Numbered from the stretch's first letter, positions 8,585 through 20,188 are shown. The stretch is 64,000 nucleotides of DNA from Acidimicrobiia bacterium (GCA_016932695.1 JAFGCH010000081.1:15404-79403); one strand, 5' to 3'. Notes: generated from the letters alone by a model not told the origin. Made by a program: numbers and translations.

Positions 8585-9150
8585 GCTGCAGTTCCAGGGG
8601 GTGAGGGGGCCGTCAGTATACCGGCCACCTCGTCGATGGCCCGCACCAGGTCGTCGTTCACCACCACATGGTCGAACCAGCGGGGCGCCTGCTCCATCTG
8701 GCCGCGGGCGATGGCCAGGCGCCGGGCGATCTGTTCGTCGTCGGTGTCCCCCCGTCCGCGCAGGCGGGCCTCCAGCACCTCGAGGCTGGGCGGGGCGACC
8801 AAGACCAGCACGGCCTCCGGATAGGCGGCTTTGACTTGCTCCGCCCCCCGCAACTCGATGTCGAGCAGGACGGAGGCACCCGCCGCCAGGTGGGCCTCCA
8901 CCGGCGAGCGAGGAGTCCCGTACAGGTGCCCGCTGTATTCCGCCCACTCCAGCAACTCACCGGAGTCCCGAGCGGCCCCGAAGTGCTCCCGATCCACAAA
9001 GAAGTAGTCGACTCCATCCCTCTCCCCCGGCCTTGCCGGGCGCGTGGTCATCGACACCGAGAAGTGGAACGGGAGTCGAGCGGCGAGCCCCGCCACGACG
9101 CTCGACTTCCCCGCCCCCGAAGGACCGGAGACTACGACGAGGCGGCCGCG
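8581..9150 (-). CDS. gmk: Guanylate kinase; the 5' end is uncertain because there is no canonical start upstream of the P-loop (see findings)
   Basis: FHFSVSMTTR...GVDYFFV...ELLEWAE... are Gmk motifs. Manual translation upstream of the ORF-track start gives the P-loop LVVVSGPSGAGKSSVVAGL encoded at 9097-9140. Confidence 0.7.
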   Translation of the reverse strand, partial: RGRLVVVSGPSGAGKSSVVAGLAARLPFHFSVSMTTRPARPGERDGVDYFFVDREHFGAARDSGELLEWAEYSGHLYGTPRSPVEAHLAAGASVLLDIELRGAEQVKAAYPEAVLVLVAPPSLEVLEARLRGRGDTDDEQIARRLAIARGQMEQAPRWFDHVVVNDDLVRAIDEVAGILTAPSPPGTAA

Positions 9151-9160
9151 GCGGGGCGGG

Positions 9161-9473
9161 TCAGGAGAGGGCGGCGATGAGCGCCTCCTTCTGCTTGACG
9201 CCCAGGCCCCGCAACCGGCGGCTCTCGGCGATACCCAGGCGCTCCATGAGGCGCGCCGCCTTCACCTTCCCCAGGCCGGGGAGCGATACCAGGGCGGCGC
9301 TCACCTTGAGCCCACCCACGGCGTCGTCGGTCTCGGCTCGGGCCAGCAGGCCGGCCAGGGTCAGCGACCCCTCCTTCAGCGCCTGCTTCACCGCCGCCCT
9401 TTGCTGCCGGGCGGCAGCCGCTTTGGCCAGCGCTTGCGCCCGTTGCTCCGGGGTCAGTTTCGGTGGTGCCATC
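9161..9473 (-). CDS. mihF: Actinobacterial integration host factor mIHF; the real start is the internal MAPPKLTPEQ
   Basis: The 103-aa protein ...LTLAGLLARAE...LPGLGKVKAARLMERLGI... matches mIHF, and the mihF-gmk-rpoZ order is conserved. Confidence 0.8.
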
Positions 9474-9498
9474 ACCCCTCCCTCCCTCGGGCTCAACT

Positions 9499-10203
9499 CT
9501 ATAGGACGCCGAGGGCCTCGTGCAGGCGCGCCACCGCCTCCACGGGGTCGGGCGCCCCGGTCACCGCCCGTCCTACCACCAGCAGGTCCGCTCCGCGCGC
9601 CAACGCCTCCTCCGGGGTGGCCGTCCTCCGCTGGTCGTGGGACTCCATGCCCGCCGGGCGGATGCCGGGCGTGACCCGGACCAGGCCGGGAGCCACCTCG
9701 GCTACCACCCCCAGCTCTTTGGGCGAGCACACCACCCCCTCCACCCCGGCCTCGGCGGCCCGCCGGGCCAGACGGGAGGTCAGCTCTCCCGGCGTGCGCC
9801 CAAAGAGGGCGCTGGACGCGGCCTCGTCGATGCTGGTGAGCACGGTTACCGCCAGCACCCCGCATTCCCGGCCCCCCGCCCCGGTGGACAACCCGGCTGC
9901 CGCCGCCTGCAGCATGTCGACCCCGCCCGAGGCGTGTGCCGTGACCCACCGGGCGCCGTACTCCCCCAGGCGCCGCGCCGCCGCCTGCACCTGGCTGGGG
10001 ATGTCGTGCAGCTTGGCGTCGGCGAACACCGGGCCCAGGCGCGCCACGGCCCCCACCAGGCCGGGGCCCGGGCCGTAGAGCAGGCCGAGGCCCACCTTGA
10101 ACCCCGCCACCCGGCCTGCCAGGGCACGGGCCAGGCGGATCGCTTCTTCGCCGCGGCGCAGATCGAGGGCTATCAGGAGAGGGCTGTTCACCACGGTTGC
10201 CAC
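9499..10203 (-). CDS. pyrF: Orotidine 5'-phosphate decarboxylase; the GTG start at 10201-10203 overlaps the pyrD 3' end
   Basis: LIALDL...FKVGL....G.....L...G..VFADAKLHDIP...VTAH..GG... are OMPdecase motifs. Confidence 0.85.
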   Translation of the reverse strand: MATVVNSPLLIALDLRRGEEAIRLARALAGRVAGFKVGLGLLYGPGPGLVGAVARLGPVFADAKLHDIPSQVQAAARRLGEYGARWVTAHASGGVDMLQAAAAGLSTGAGGRECGVLAVTVLTSIDEAASSALFGRTPGELTSRLARRAAEAGVEGVVCSPKELGVVAEVAPGLVRVTPGIRPAGMESHDQRRTATPEEALARGADLLVVGRAVTGAPDPVEAVARLHEALGVL

Positions 10204-11096
10204 GCTCCGATCAGTTCGGCCGCCCGGGCCACCCCGTGCCGGCGCCCGTAGCGGTGCAGATCGGCGATGATCCGCTTCCCCGCCCGCGGGTCGGCGAAGT
10301 GCGCCGTCCCCACCGCTACTGCCTGGGACCCGGCCAGCAGGAACTCCACCACATCGGTGCCGGAGCGCACCCCGCCGCAGCCCACCAGGGGCACCTCCGG
10401 CAGTGCCCGGCGCACTTCCAGCACCGCCCGCAAGGCGATGGGCTTGATGGGCGGACCCGAGTAGCCGCCGATCACCCCCGACAGCCCCGGGCGCCGCGTC
10501 TCGGGATCGAGCGCGGCTCCCCAGACGGTGTTGGCCACCACCAGGAAGTCGGCGCCGGCGGCGACCGCCGCCCCGGCCACCCGGGCGATGTCGGGCGCGT
10601 TGGGCGAGAGCTTGGCCCCCACCGGCAGGCTGGTGGCCGCCCGCACCGCCGCTACCACCTCCGCCGACACCGCGGCGTCCAGGGCGAACAGGGCTCCGTC
10701 GTCCAGGTTGGGGCACGAGAGGTTCACCTCCACCGCCGCCACCCCGGCACCCGACATCGCCGCTGCCACCCGGGCGAACTCCGCGGTGGTGTGGCCCACC
10801 ACCGACCCCCACACCGGGACTCCCAGCCCCGGTAGGCGGGGGGCGACCGTCTTCAGCCAGGCGGCGATGCCGGGGTTCTGGATGCCGATTCCGTTGAGCA
10901 TCCCGCCTCCGACCGGGTAGAGGCGGGGCGGGGGACGGCCGGGCCAGGGCTCCTCGCTCACCGACTTGGCCACCGCGGCCCCGTAGTGCTCCAGGGCGCC
11001 TACGGCGGCGAAGTCCACTACCGACCCCACCGTCCCCGAGGCGGCCACCAGCGGCGTCCGCAGGGTCAGCGGCCCGAGGCGAGTGGTGAGGTCCAC
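10188..11096 (-). CDS. pyrD: Dihydroorotate dehydrogenase, class 1 catalytic subunit
   Basis: LRTPLVAASGT...GAAVAKSV...NGIGIQNPG...EVNLSCPN...GCGGV are DHOD class 1 motifs. Confidence 0.85.
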   Translation of the reverse strand: MDLTTRLGPLTLRTPLVAASGTVGSVVDFAAVGALEHYGAAVAKSVSEEPWPGRPPPRLYPVGGGMLNGIGIQNPGIAAWLKTVAPRLPGLGVPVWGSVVGHTTAEFARVAAAMSGAGVAAVEVNLSCPNLDDGALFALDAAVSAEVVAAVRAATSLPVGAKLSPNAPDIARVAGAAVAAGADFLVVANTVWGAALDPETRRPGLSGVIGGYSGPPIKPIALRAVLEVRRALPEVPLVGCGGVRSGTDVVEFLLAGSQAVAVGTAHFADPRAGKRIIADLHRYGRRHGVARAAELIGAWQPW

Positions 11097-11123
11097 GATC
11101 TCACCCTCGGCGATGGCGCCGGC

Positions 11124-12390
11124 TCACCACTGCACCTCGCCGTCGCGCAGGGTGAAGCGCCCGCGAAGGAGCGCGTGCCGGGCCCGCCCGCGCAGGGCCC
11201 GTCCCCGCCAGGGACTGTTGGCCGAACGCGAATGGAAGCGCTCCGCCACCCACGACACCGCAGGGTCGATCACCGTGATCGTTGCCGGCTCCCCCACCGC
11301 CAGCCACCTCCCCCGGTCCGCCAGGCCCGCCATCCGCGCCGGGGCCAGGGCCATGCGGGTGAACAAGTCCACGGAGCCCAGGCCCACCGTTTCCAGCACC
11401 ACCCCCACCGCCGTCTCCAGGCCGATGACCCCGCGTGGGGCATCTTCGAAAGGCACGTCCTTCTCGTGGGCGGCGTGCGGGGCGTGATCGGTGCCCACCA
11501 TGTCGATCGTGCCGTCGGCCAGAGCCTGCCGCAGGGCCTCCACGTCCTCGGGACGGCGCAGCGGCGGGTACATCTTGAAGGCCGGATCGGTGGAGAGCAC
11601 GGCGCGATGGTCGAAGGCGAGGTGGTGCGGGGCTACCTCGGCGGTGACCGCCAGTCCCGCCTCTTTGGCCGCCCCTACCAGGGCCACGGTCCCCGCGGTG
11701 GAGACGTGCTGCACGTGGTAGCGGCCTCCCGTCAGGCGGGTCACGGCCAGGTCGCGGGCGACCACCACCTCCTCGGCTGCGCCGGGGATGCCCGCCAGGC
11801 CGAGCCGGGCCGACACCTCCCCTTCATGGAGTTGGCCGGCTCCGGCCAGCCCGCGGTCCTCGGCATGCTGCGAGACCACGCCGCCCAGGTCCACCAGGTA
11901 CTCCATGGCGCGGCGCAGCAGCCCCGCATCGGCCACCGAGTCCCCGTCGTCCGTGAACACCCGCACCCCGGCCGCCCACAGCTCGTCGAGGTGGGCCAGT
12001 CGCTGTCCGGCCCGGCCGGCGGTGACGCAACCCGCGGGGAACACGTCCACCAGGCCCACCAGCCGGCCCCGGTCGGCCACGAAGCGCGCTAGGTGACCGG
12101 AGTCGATGGGCGGATCGGTGTTGGGCATGGCCACCACCGCGGTGAACCCGCCGGCGGCCGCAGCCCGCGAGCCCGACTCGATGTCCTCCTTCCACTCCTG
12201 CCCCGGTTCGCGCAGGTGCACATGGGGGTCGACCAACCCGGGCCCCACCCAGCATCCCGAGCAATCCACCACCTCGGCGCCGACCCGGTCGAGATCCGGC
12301 CCGACGGCGATGATGCCGCCCTCTCCCAGGCGCAGGTCGGCAGGCATCGCCCCTGCCGAAGTCATCACGATGCCCGCCGCCAGCAAGATG

Positions 12391-12398
<8 letters not shown>
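11124..12398 (-). CDS. pyrC: Dihydroorotase; the start may be 12398 or 12407
   Basis: GLVDPHVHLREPG...AAAAGGFT.V..MPNT.P..D...DDG...GTDHAPH are metal-dependent amidohydrolase/PyrC motifs. Confidence 0.85.
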
Positions 12399-13934
<1,536 letters not shown>

Positions 13935-13960
13935 CTAGCACGGCGCGGCCCGCCGTCTCG

Positions 13961-14533
13961 TCAGCGCGGCTCCCCCCGGGCGCCAGCCAGCCTCCCGAGC
14001 ACCCCGTTGACGAAGGCACCGCTGCGCTCGGTGGAGTAGGCCTTCGCCAGCCGCACCGCCTCGGAGATCACCACCGGAGAGGAGAGGTCGGGGCGATGCC
14101 GCAACTCCCACAGCGCCAGCCGCAACACGGCCCGGTCCACTGCCGCCAGCCGCTCCACCCGCCAGTCGGTGGCGGCCGCCCCAATAGCGGCATCCAGGTC
14201 GTCACGTTCCGCCCAGGCCCCGCGCGCCAGGGTCGCCCCGAGCTCGTCCAAACCCTCCACCTCAGGCGGCCGGGCCAGCACGTCGGCCTCGTACAGGACC
14301 TCCAGTACCTCGTCGCGCCGCACCAGCTGCGTCACATGAGAGAGGGGCTCCGGGCCCAGGACCGGTGCCGGGACCGCCTCACCGCGCGCCGCGGCTCGCA
14401 ACAGGTCTACCGCTTCACGCAGCTGGCGAGTCCCATCGGCTTCGGTGGCGGCGCGGAAGATGGCTGCCAGCTCCGCGTCGGACGGCGCGTCCGCCAGGGC
14501 CTGGGCTAGCGCCGCCGGGTCGGGTCTGTCCAC
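13961..14533 (-). CDS. nusB: Transcription antitermination factor NusB
   Basis: The C-terminal region AVDRAVLRLALWEL....P..V.I.EAV.LAK.....SGAFVNGVLGRL matches NusB, and it is adjacent to efp. Confidence 0.8.
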   Translation of the reverse strand: MDRPDPAALAQALADAPSDAELAAIFRAATEADGTRQLREAVDLLRAAARGEAVPAPVLGPEPLSHVTQLVRRDEVLEVLYEADVLARPPEVEGLDELGATLARGAWAERDDLDAAIGAAATDWRVERLAAVDRAVLRLALWELRHRPDLSSPVVISEAVRLAKAYSTERSGAFVNGVLGRLAGARGEPR

Positions 14534-14534
14534 G

Positions 14535-15092
14535 TCACACCCGGGTGATGTAGGCCCCGCTGCGAGTGTCGACCTTCACTCGGTCCCCCGCGTCCACGAA
14601 CAGCGGCACCTGCACCACCAGCCCCGTCTCGAGGGTCACCGGCTTGGTCGCCCCGGACACCCGGTCCCCCTTCACCCCGGGCTCGGCATGGGTAACGGCC
14701 AGGACGACCGACGTCGGCAGATCGAGGCCGATGGCCCGCCCGTTGTACATGGCCAGCAGAATGGAATCGCCTTCCTTCAGAAAGCCCGAGGCGCTGGCCA
14801 CCTGGTCCGGGCTCAGGGTGAGCTGGGCGTAGGTTTCCCCATCCATGAAGTGGTAGCCCAGGTCATCGGAGTACAAGTACTGGTGGGCCCGGCGCTCGAT
14901 GATCGCCTGCTGCACCGGCTCGTCGGCCCGGAAGGTGCGCTCGATGACCGCCCCGCTCAGCAGGTTCTTCAGCTTCATCTTGACGAAAGCCTTGCCCTTG
15001 CCAGGTTTGGTGTGCTGGTACTCGACGATCTGGAAGATGCCGTCGTCGAGGTCGAGGGCCATGCCCGGCTTGACGTCGTTCGTTGAGATCAT
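14535..15092 (-). CDS. efp: Elongation factor P
   Basis: The 185-aa protein [19 protein letters not shown] carries the conserved Lys-containing loop, and full-length similarity to EF-P is obvious. Confidence 0.9.
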   Translation of the reverse strand: MISTNDVKPGMALDLDDGIFQIVEYQHTKPGKGKAFVKMKLKNLLSGAVIERTFRADEPVQQAIIERRAHQYLYSDDLGYHFMDGETYAQLTLSPDQVASASGFLKEGDSILLAMYNGRAIGLDLPTSVVLAVTHAEPGVKGDRVSGATKPVTLETGLVVQVPLFVDAGDRVKVDTRSGAYITRV

Positions 15093-16165
15093 GGGCGCTC
15101 CAACTCCCGGCGCGACCCGGTGAGGATCTCCGGGCCCGACTCCGTTACCAGGACCATGTCCTCGATGCGCACCCCGCCCACTCCGGGCAGGTACACCCCG
15201 GGCTCCACCGTGACTACGTCCCCCACCCGCAGCGGGTCTTCGTTGCCGCGGCGCAGCCAGGGCGGCTCGTGGATCTCGAGCCCCACCCCGTGGCCCGTGC
15301 TGTGGAGGAACTGCTCCTCGTAGCCCGCGGCGCGCAGCACGGCGCGCGCCGCCTCGTCCACCTCATGCCCCGTTGCCCCCGGCCGACAGGCGACGATCCC
15401 CGCCTCCTCGGCTTCCAGGACCACACCGTAGACCTGCCGCATAAGCGGGTCGGCGGGGCCCTCGAGCCACACCGTGCGGCTCATGTCGGAGTGGTAGCCG
15501 TCGACCACACACCCGTAGTCGAGCAGCAGCAGGCCCGACCCCAGGGGCGCCGGCCCGGTCTCGTAGTGGGGTATGGAGGCGGCCGGGCCCGCCGCCACGA
15601 TTGCCTCCCAGTCGGCCCGCTCTCCCCCGTGGCGGCGCATCTCGGCGACGAGCTCCCAGGCCAAGTCGGCCTCGCGGGCCGCTCGCCCCAGAAGCTCGCC
15701 CAGGGCGGCAAAGGCGGCGTCTCCGGCAGCGGCGGCGGTGCGCAGCGCGGCCAGCTCGGGCTCCTCCTTGGCGCGCCGCAGGTCTTCGACGCCTGCGGCG
15801 GCGGGGATCGGGGCCACCCCGGCCTTCTCTTCGAGGCCCCGGGCAAACTCCCAGGTCACCCCGGCCGCTTCCACCTGCACCCGCTCCAATCCGGCGAGCA
15901 GATCCCCCAGCGCCTTCCAGAGATCACCGGTGTAGACCCGGAGATCGAAGTGCGGGAACGCCTCCAGCAACGGCGCCGCCGATTCCCCGTAGCGGCCGTC
16001 GGTGAGAAAGGCCCCTCCACCGCCGGGGCGAACCAGCAGATAGCCGTTGCTGCCCGTGTAGCCGATGAGGTAGCGCAGGTTGGGGGCGCGGGTCACTAGT
16101 AGGGGGGCCTCCAGGCGGGAGGCGAGCGCGTCGATGCGGGCGGGCGTTGGCATGTGGCTCCTCAC
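15089..16165 (-). CDS. pepQ: Xaa-Pro aminopeptidase (M24 family)
   Basis: The C-terminal M24 pita-bread domain [18 protein letters not shown] and GVRIED is present, and the pepQ-efp-nusB order is conserved. Confidence 0.8.
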   Translation of the reverse strand: MRSHMPTPARIDALASRLEAPLLVTRAPNLRYLIGYTGSNGYLLVRPGGGGAFLTDGRYGESAAPLLEAFPHFDLRVYTGDLWKALGDLLAGLERVQVEAAGVTWEFARGLEEKAGVAPIPAAAGVEDLRRAKEEPELAALRTAAAAGDAAFAALGELLGRAAREADLAWELVAEMRRHGGERADWEAIVAAGPAASIPHYETGPAPLGSGLLLLDYGCVVDGYHSDMSRTVWLEGPADPLMRQVYGVVLEAEEAGIVACRPGATGHEVDEAARAVLRAAGYEEQFLHSTGHGVGLEIHEPPWLRRGNEDPLRVGDVVTVEPGVYLPGVGGVRIEDMVLVTESGPEILTGSRRELERP

Positions 16166-17202
16166 GAGATGCCTACGGCGGCGAGAGCGGAGCTTACGGT
16201 AGCCGTCGGCGCCATCTCCAGGCGCGGCCTCCCTATCACCTCCAGCACCACCATGCGCAGGCCCGCGCCGGAGCGTTTCTTGTCTTGCCCGATGAGACGG
16301 CGGGCCTCCGCACCGTCGAGTCCCGGGGCGGCCACCGGAAGGCCGAGGCTCGCGATCACCTCCCGCTGCCGGGCCTCCTCAGCGAAGCCGGCCAGTTCGG
16401 CCCCGGCCCGGCCGGCGGCCACCATACCCACCGCCACCGCTGCGCCGTGGGACAGGCCGCCGGCCACCTCCACGGCATGCCCGATGGTGTGCCCGTAGTT
16501 CAGGTGAGCCCGTTCCCCGTGGTCTCGCGGGTCGCGCCCCACGATCGCCGCCTTCACCGCCACCGCCCGCCGCACTACCTCCGCCAAGTCGGTATGAGTG
16601 CCGTCGCGCTCGAACATCGCCACCAGGCCGGGATCTCCCACCAGCCCTGCCTTCAGGGCCTCGGCCCAGCCCTCCCGCCGCAGATCCAGCGGCAGGCCGT
16701 CGAGCAGGTCCGCATCGACGATAACCCGAGAAGGGTGATGGAAGGCCCCGACCAGGTTCTTCGCCCCCAGGTTCAGCGCGGTCTTACCACCGATGGCGGC
16801 ATCTACGGCTCCCAGCAACGTAGTGGGCACCAGGATCGCCTCTACCCCCCGCAGGAAGGTGGCCGCCACGAACCCGGCGACGTCGGTCAACGCGCCTCCT
16901 CCCACCCCGACCACGGTGTCCTCCCGGGTCAGTCCCAGACCGGCGAGCCACGCGTAGGCTGCCGCCGCCACCTCGATGGTCTTGGCCGCCTCGCCGTCGG
17001 GCAGCACTCGCACCGCGGAGGCCATCCCCGCCGCCTGCAGCTCTCGAGCCAGGCGCCGGCTCAGGCGTGCCGGCTCCCCCGGCTGGCAGAAGAACGCGGC
17101 CCGGCGGCGCCCCGGGCGCTCCTCCACCACGAGGGACGCCGACAGCAGCCCCCGGCCTACCACCACGTCGGTCGCCCCGGCTACTCGCAGGACTTCCACC
17201 AC
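16162..17202 (-). CDS. aroB: 3-dehydroquinate synthase
   Basis: GGGALTDVAGFVAATFLRGV..ILVPTTLL..VDAAIGGKTALN and NYGHTIGHA.E are AroB motifs. Confidence 0.9.
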   Translation of the reverse strand: MVEVLRVAGATDVVVGRGLLSASLVVEERPGRRRAAFFCQPGEPARLSRRLARELQAAGMASAVRVLPDGEAAKTIEVAAAAYAWLAGLGLTREDTVVGVGGGALTDVAGFVAATFLRGVEAILVPTTLLGAVDAAIGGKTALNLGAKNLVGAFHHPSRVIVDADLLDGLPLDLRREGWAEALKAGLVGDPGLVAMFERDGTHTDLAEVVRRAVAVKAAIVGRDPRDHGERAHLNYGHTIGHAVEVAGGLSHGAAVAVGMVAAGRAGAELAGFAEEARQREVIASLGLPVAAPGLDGAEARRLIGQDKKRSGAGLRMVVLEVIGRPRLEMAPTATVSSALAAVGIS

Positions 17203-17687
17203 AGCACCACCTCGTCGGCCACTTCCTCGGGGCGTCGGTTCGCAGTGGCCACCTGCCGGTGGGCGGCTCCCCGATAGGCCGCTTCCCGGGCGGCCGCGAG
17301 ACTCCGCAAGCTGGGCCGCCCCTCGCCGGCCAGCAGGGGACGGCCGCCGCCGTCGCCCACGCGTTCCTCCAGGACCTCCGGCGGCGCCTCGAGCCAGACC
17401 ACCAGGCCGGTGCGCCGCAGCAGCGCTACGTTCTCCGGCGCCACCACGATCCCACCCCCGCAGGCCACCACCGCCGCGCTCCCGGCCGTTTCCACCAACG
17501 CCGCCGCCTCCCGCCGGCGGAAGCCCGCCTCCCCTTCTGTGGCGAATATCTCCGGCACAGAACGGCCGGCGGCCCCCGCCACCACCTCGTCCAGGTCCAC
17601 GAACGGCCTCCCCAAACGGGCCGCTACCAGCGGGCCGATCCGGGTCTTCCCCGCTCCCATCATTCCCACCAGCCAGAGAGTCGCCAT
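17181..17687 (-). CDS. aroK: Shikimate kinase
   Basis: LVGMMGAGKT.IG..LA..L...FVDLD is the P-loop NMP-kinase fold, and the position between aroC and aroB is conserved. Confidence 0.85.
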   Translation of the reverse strand: MATLWLVGMMGAGKTRIGPLVAARLGRPFVDLDEVVAGAAGRSVPEIFATEGEAGFRRREAAALVETAGSAAVVACGGGIVVAPENVALLRRTGLVVWLEAPPEVLEERVGDGGGRPLLAGEGRPSLRSLAAAREAAYRGAAHRQVATANRRPEEVADEVVLWWKSCE

Positions 17688-18835
17688 CAGAACCCGGCCA
17701 GGCGCTGCCGGTAGGCCTCTACCGCCCGAGCGAAGTCCGCGGCGGTATCTGCCCCGAACATGCGAGACATCTCGACGGCCAGCACCCAGGCCACCATGTG
17801 CTCGGCCACCACTGCGGCCGCGGGCACGGCGCAGACGTCGGAACGCTGCTCCGCGGCCGCTGCGGCCTGCTTGGTCACCACGTCCACACTGGTCACCGGC
17901 CGCCGCAGCGAAGACAGCGGCTTCATCGCCCCCCGCAGACGGATGACCTGGCCGTTGCTCATGCCCCCTTCGATGCCTCCCGCACGGTTGGTGGGCCGCT
18001 CGAACCCGCTCGCGCCGTAGGTGATCGCATCGTGGGCTGCGGAGCCCCGCCGGCCCGCCGCAGCAAACCCGTCGCCGATCTCTACCCCCTTGATTCCGGG
18101 GATCGACATCACCGCCGCGGCCAGGGCGGCATCCAGCCGCCGATCCCAGTGGACGTGGCTGCCCACCCCGGGCGGCACCCCGTAGGCCAGCACCTCCACC
18201 ACCCCGCCCAGAGTGTCGCCCTCACGCCGGGCCGCATCGATGGCGGCGGCCATGGCGGTCGCCGCCTGCGGATCCAAGCAGCGCACACCGGAACGATCCA
18301 CCTTGCCCCGGTCGCCGGCGCCGGGGACCCGCCCGTCGGCCGCTACCTCCCCGATGCCCACCACGTGGCCGATCACCCCCACCCCCGCCTCCGCCAGCAG
18401 TCGCTCGGCCAGGGCCCCCGCTACGGCGCGAGCCGCCGTCTCCCGCCCGGAGGCCCGCTCCAGCACGTCGCGGGCGTCGTGGGTGTCGTACTTGAGCATC
18501 CCGGCCAGGTCGGCATGCCCCGGCCGCGGCCCCGTGAGGGGCGCCGGCACGGGGCCGGGGACCGAGGACATGGCCGCCTCCCAACGGGGCCACTCCGTGT
18601 TGCGCACCACCACCGCCACCGGCCCCCCAAGGGTGCGACCCAGCCGCACCCCGCCCAGGATCTCGACCTCGTCGCGCTCCACCCGCATGCGCGGGCCGCG
18701 GCCGCGGCCCCGCCGCCTACGGGCGAGTTCTGCCGACACCATCTCGCCGGTCACCTCGAGGCCGGCCGGGAGCCCCTCCACGATGGCGACCAGGCCCGGG
18801 CCGTGTGACTCACCCGCAGTCAGGAAGCGCAGCAC
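17687..18835 (-). CDS. aroC: Chorismate synthase
   Basis: MLRFLTAGESHGPGLVAIVEGLPAG...GGRSSARETAARVAAG-like core; the full length aligns to AroC. Confidence 0.9.
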   Translation of the reverse strand: MLRFLTAGESHGPGLVAIVEGLPAGLEVTGEMVSAELARRRRGRGRGPRMRVERDEVEILGGVRLGRTLGGPVAVVVRNTEWPRWEAAMSSVPGPVPAPLTGPRPGHADLAGMLKYDTHDARDVLERASGRETAARAVAGALAERLLAEAGVGVIGHVVGIGEVAADGRVPGAGDRGKVDRSGVRCLDPQAATAMAAAIDAARREGDTLGGVVEVLAYGVPPGVGSHVHWDRRLDAALAAAVMSIPGIKGVEIGDGFAAAGRRGSAAHDAITYGASGFERPTNRAGGIEGGMSNGQVIRLRGAMKPLSSLRRPVTSVDVVTKQAAAAAEQRSDVCAVPAAAVVAEHMVAWVLAVEMSRMFGADTAADFARAVEAYRQRLAGF

Positions 18836-18866
18836 ACCGGCGATGGTACCCCCGCGCCGGGGAGCA

Positions 18867-19508
18867 CTACTTGATGATCGACTGCCCCACCGCCAGGGTG
18901 AACACGCTGTCGCGGTACATGAACACTCCGCTGCTGGTGGCCAGGCTGATCACCTTGAAGTCGGTGGCGAAGGTGTCCCCGACGCCGACGGTGTAGGTCT
19001 GGCCGTCCACGGTCAGCACCGCCTTCTTCACTCCGCCTTCGTCGCGGATCTCCAAGAGCGACACCCGCTTCCCGCTCGGCTGGTCGCCGGTGGTGCTGGT
19101 GGTGCTGCCTCCGGAGGTCGTGGAGGTAGAGGTGGAGCTGGTGGAGGACGTGGTGCCGCCGCCGGTCGTGCTGCTGGTGGAACCGCCGGTGGTACTCGTA
19201 GTGGAACCATCCCCGCCGGTCGTCGTGGAGCCGTCGGGGAGGGTGGTGCTCGTCGGGCTGGTGACCAGAGGAGCGAAGGGATCGCGCGGTTGAGCGACGC
19301 GGAAGCCCCCCGCCGCCGGAATCGTACCGGCGGAGCCGCTCGGGCCCGCCGTCCCCGGGTCCGGGGCCCCGGGCAGACGCCCGTCTCCTCCCAGGGAAAG
19401 CACTCCCGAGGAGGCCATCAACCACACCGAGGTCCCCGCCGTTCCCACCAGCAGCACGGCCACCAGGATCGCTACGAAAGTGCGCCGCAAGGTCCCGCGT
19501 CCCATGTC
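18867..19508 (-). CDS. PilP-like pilus assembly protein: N-terminal signal/anchor, RDPF motif, Ser/Thr/Gly-rich linker and C-terminal beta domain; the real start is the internal MGRGTLRR
   Basis: MGRGTLRRTFVAILVAVLLVG (TM), QPRDPFAPL (PilP-type motif), about 70 aa of S/T/G repeats, then a conserved-looking about 70-aa C-terminal domain. It sits immediately downstream of pilO. Confidence 0.5.
   Translation of the reverse strand, partial: DMGRGTLRRTFVAILVAVLLVGTAGTSVWLMASSGVLSLGGDGRLPGAPDPGTAGPSGSAGTIPAAGGFRVAQPRDPFAPLVTSPTSTTLPDGSTTTGGDGSTTSTTGGSTSSTTGGGTTSSTSSTSTSTTSGGSTTSTTGDQPSGKRVSLLEIRDEGGVKKAVLTVDGQTYTVGVGDTFATDFKVISLATSSGVFMYRDSVFTLAVGQSIIK
19090..19290 (-). repeat. Low-complexity coding repeat (Ser/Thr/Gly-rich linker of the PilP-like protein)
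   Basis: Degenerate repeats of ggt/gga/gtg...acc triplets on the plus strand encode TTSTTGGSTSSTTGGG... in the minus frame. Confidence 0.5.
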
Positions 19509-20187
19509 AGGCCTCCGCGCTCGGGCCGGTGGTCGGCGGCACGGTGGAAGGGACGATCGTCGTCTGCGCCTCCGGCGCCATCTCTTGCTCGCCCGTGCCC
19601 TCACCGGTGTTGCCGGCGCCCCCGTCGTCCGGGAGGGGTTCCAGCGGCACCAGGTCGGCGAGGGTGTACAGCCGCAAGCTGAGGCTCGCCGACAGCGTGG
19701 TCGCCCCGGTCTCATCCTGGCCCGACGACACGGCGATGGCGTCCACCCGCACCAGCCGATCCATGTCCATGATCCCGAAGAGGAAGCCCAGCACCTCGAA
19801 GAAGTCCCCGTCGATGGTGGTAGCCACCGTGATCTGCCGCAGCTCGGAACCGGTGATCGCCACCGGCATGGCCGGCGCCAGGTTCAATAGCTGCACTCCG
19901 GTGGTGTCACAGAGGGCATACACGTCGTCGATGAACTCATCGAGTCGGGGTTGCGCCGGGATCAGGCTCTCCATCTGCCCGATGCCGGCTAGGTACTCGA
20001 CTTCGGCGTCCCGGATGGCCTGCAGCTGGGTCACCTGGGCCCGCAGCGCGGCTTCCTGCTGCTGCGCCGCGTCCAGGTCGTCGCGCGCCTCGGCGATGCG
20101 GCCGTTGCGCGGCGAGATGAGGAAGAACCACCAGGCCACCGCCAGCACCAGCGCCAAAACCAAGGTGAGGATCACCCAGCGGCGCAT
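19507..20187 (-). CDS. pilO: Type IV pilus assembly protein PilO
   Basis: N-terminal TM (WVILTLVLALVLAVAWWFF), coiled-coil (LDAAQQQEAALRAQVTQLQAI), then a PilO-type globular domain. The pilM-pilN-pilO order matches. Confidence 0.65.
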   Translation of the reverse strand: MRRWVILTLVLALVLAVAWWFFLISPRNGRIAEARDDLDAAQQQEAALRAQVTQLQAIRDAEVEYLAGIGQMESLIPAQPRLDEFIDDVYALCDTTGVQLLNLAPAMPVAITGSELRQITVATTIDGDFFEVLGFLFGIMDMDRLVRVDAIAVSSGQDETGATTLSASLSLRLYTLADLVPLEPLPDDGGAGNTGEGTGEQEMAPEAQTTIVPSTVPPTTGPSAEA

Positions 20188-20188
20188 G

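Noticed and set aside
8354-8947. 197-aa ORF-track call extending rpoZ upstream through the 3' end of gmk
   Set aside because: Only the C-terminal 76 aa (from MMIEPAIE) match RpoZ. The N-terminal extension is an alternative frame of gmk and is Arg/Gly/Pro-rich.
16976-18808. 610-aa plus-strand ORF
   Set aside because: It is antisense to aroK/aroC, and its Pro/Arg/Gly-rich sequence has no family resemblance.
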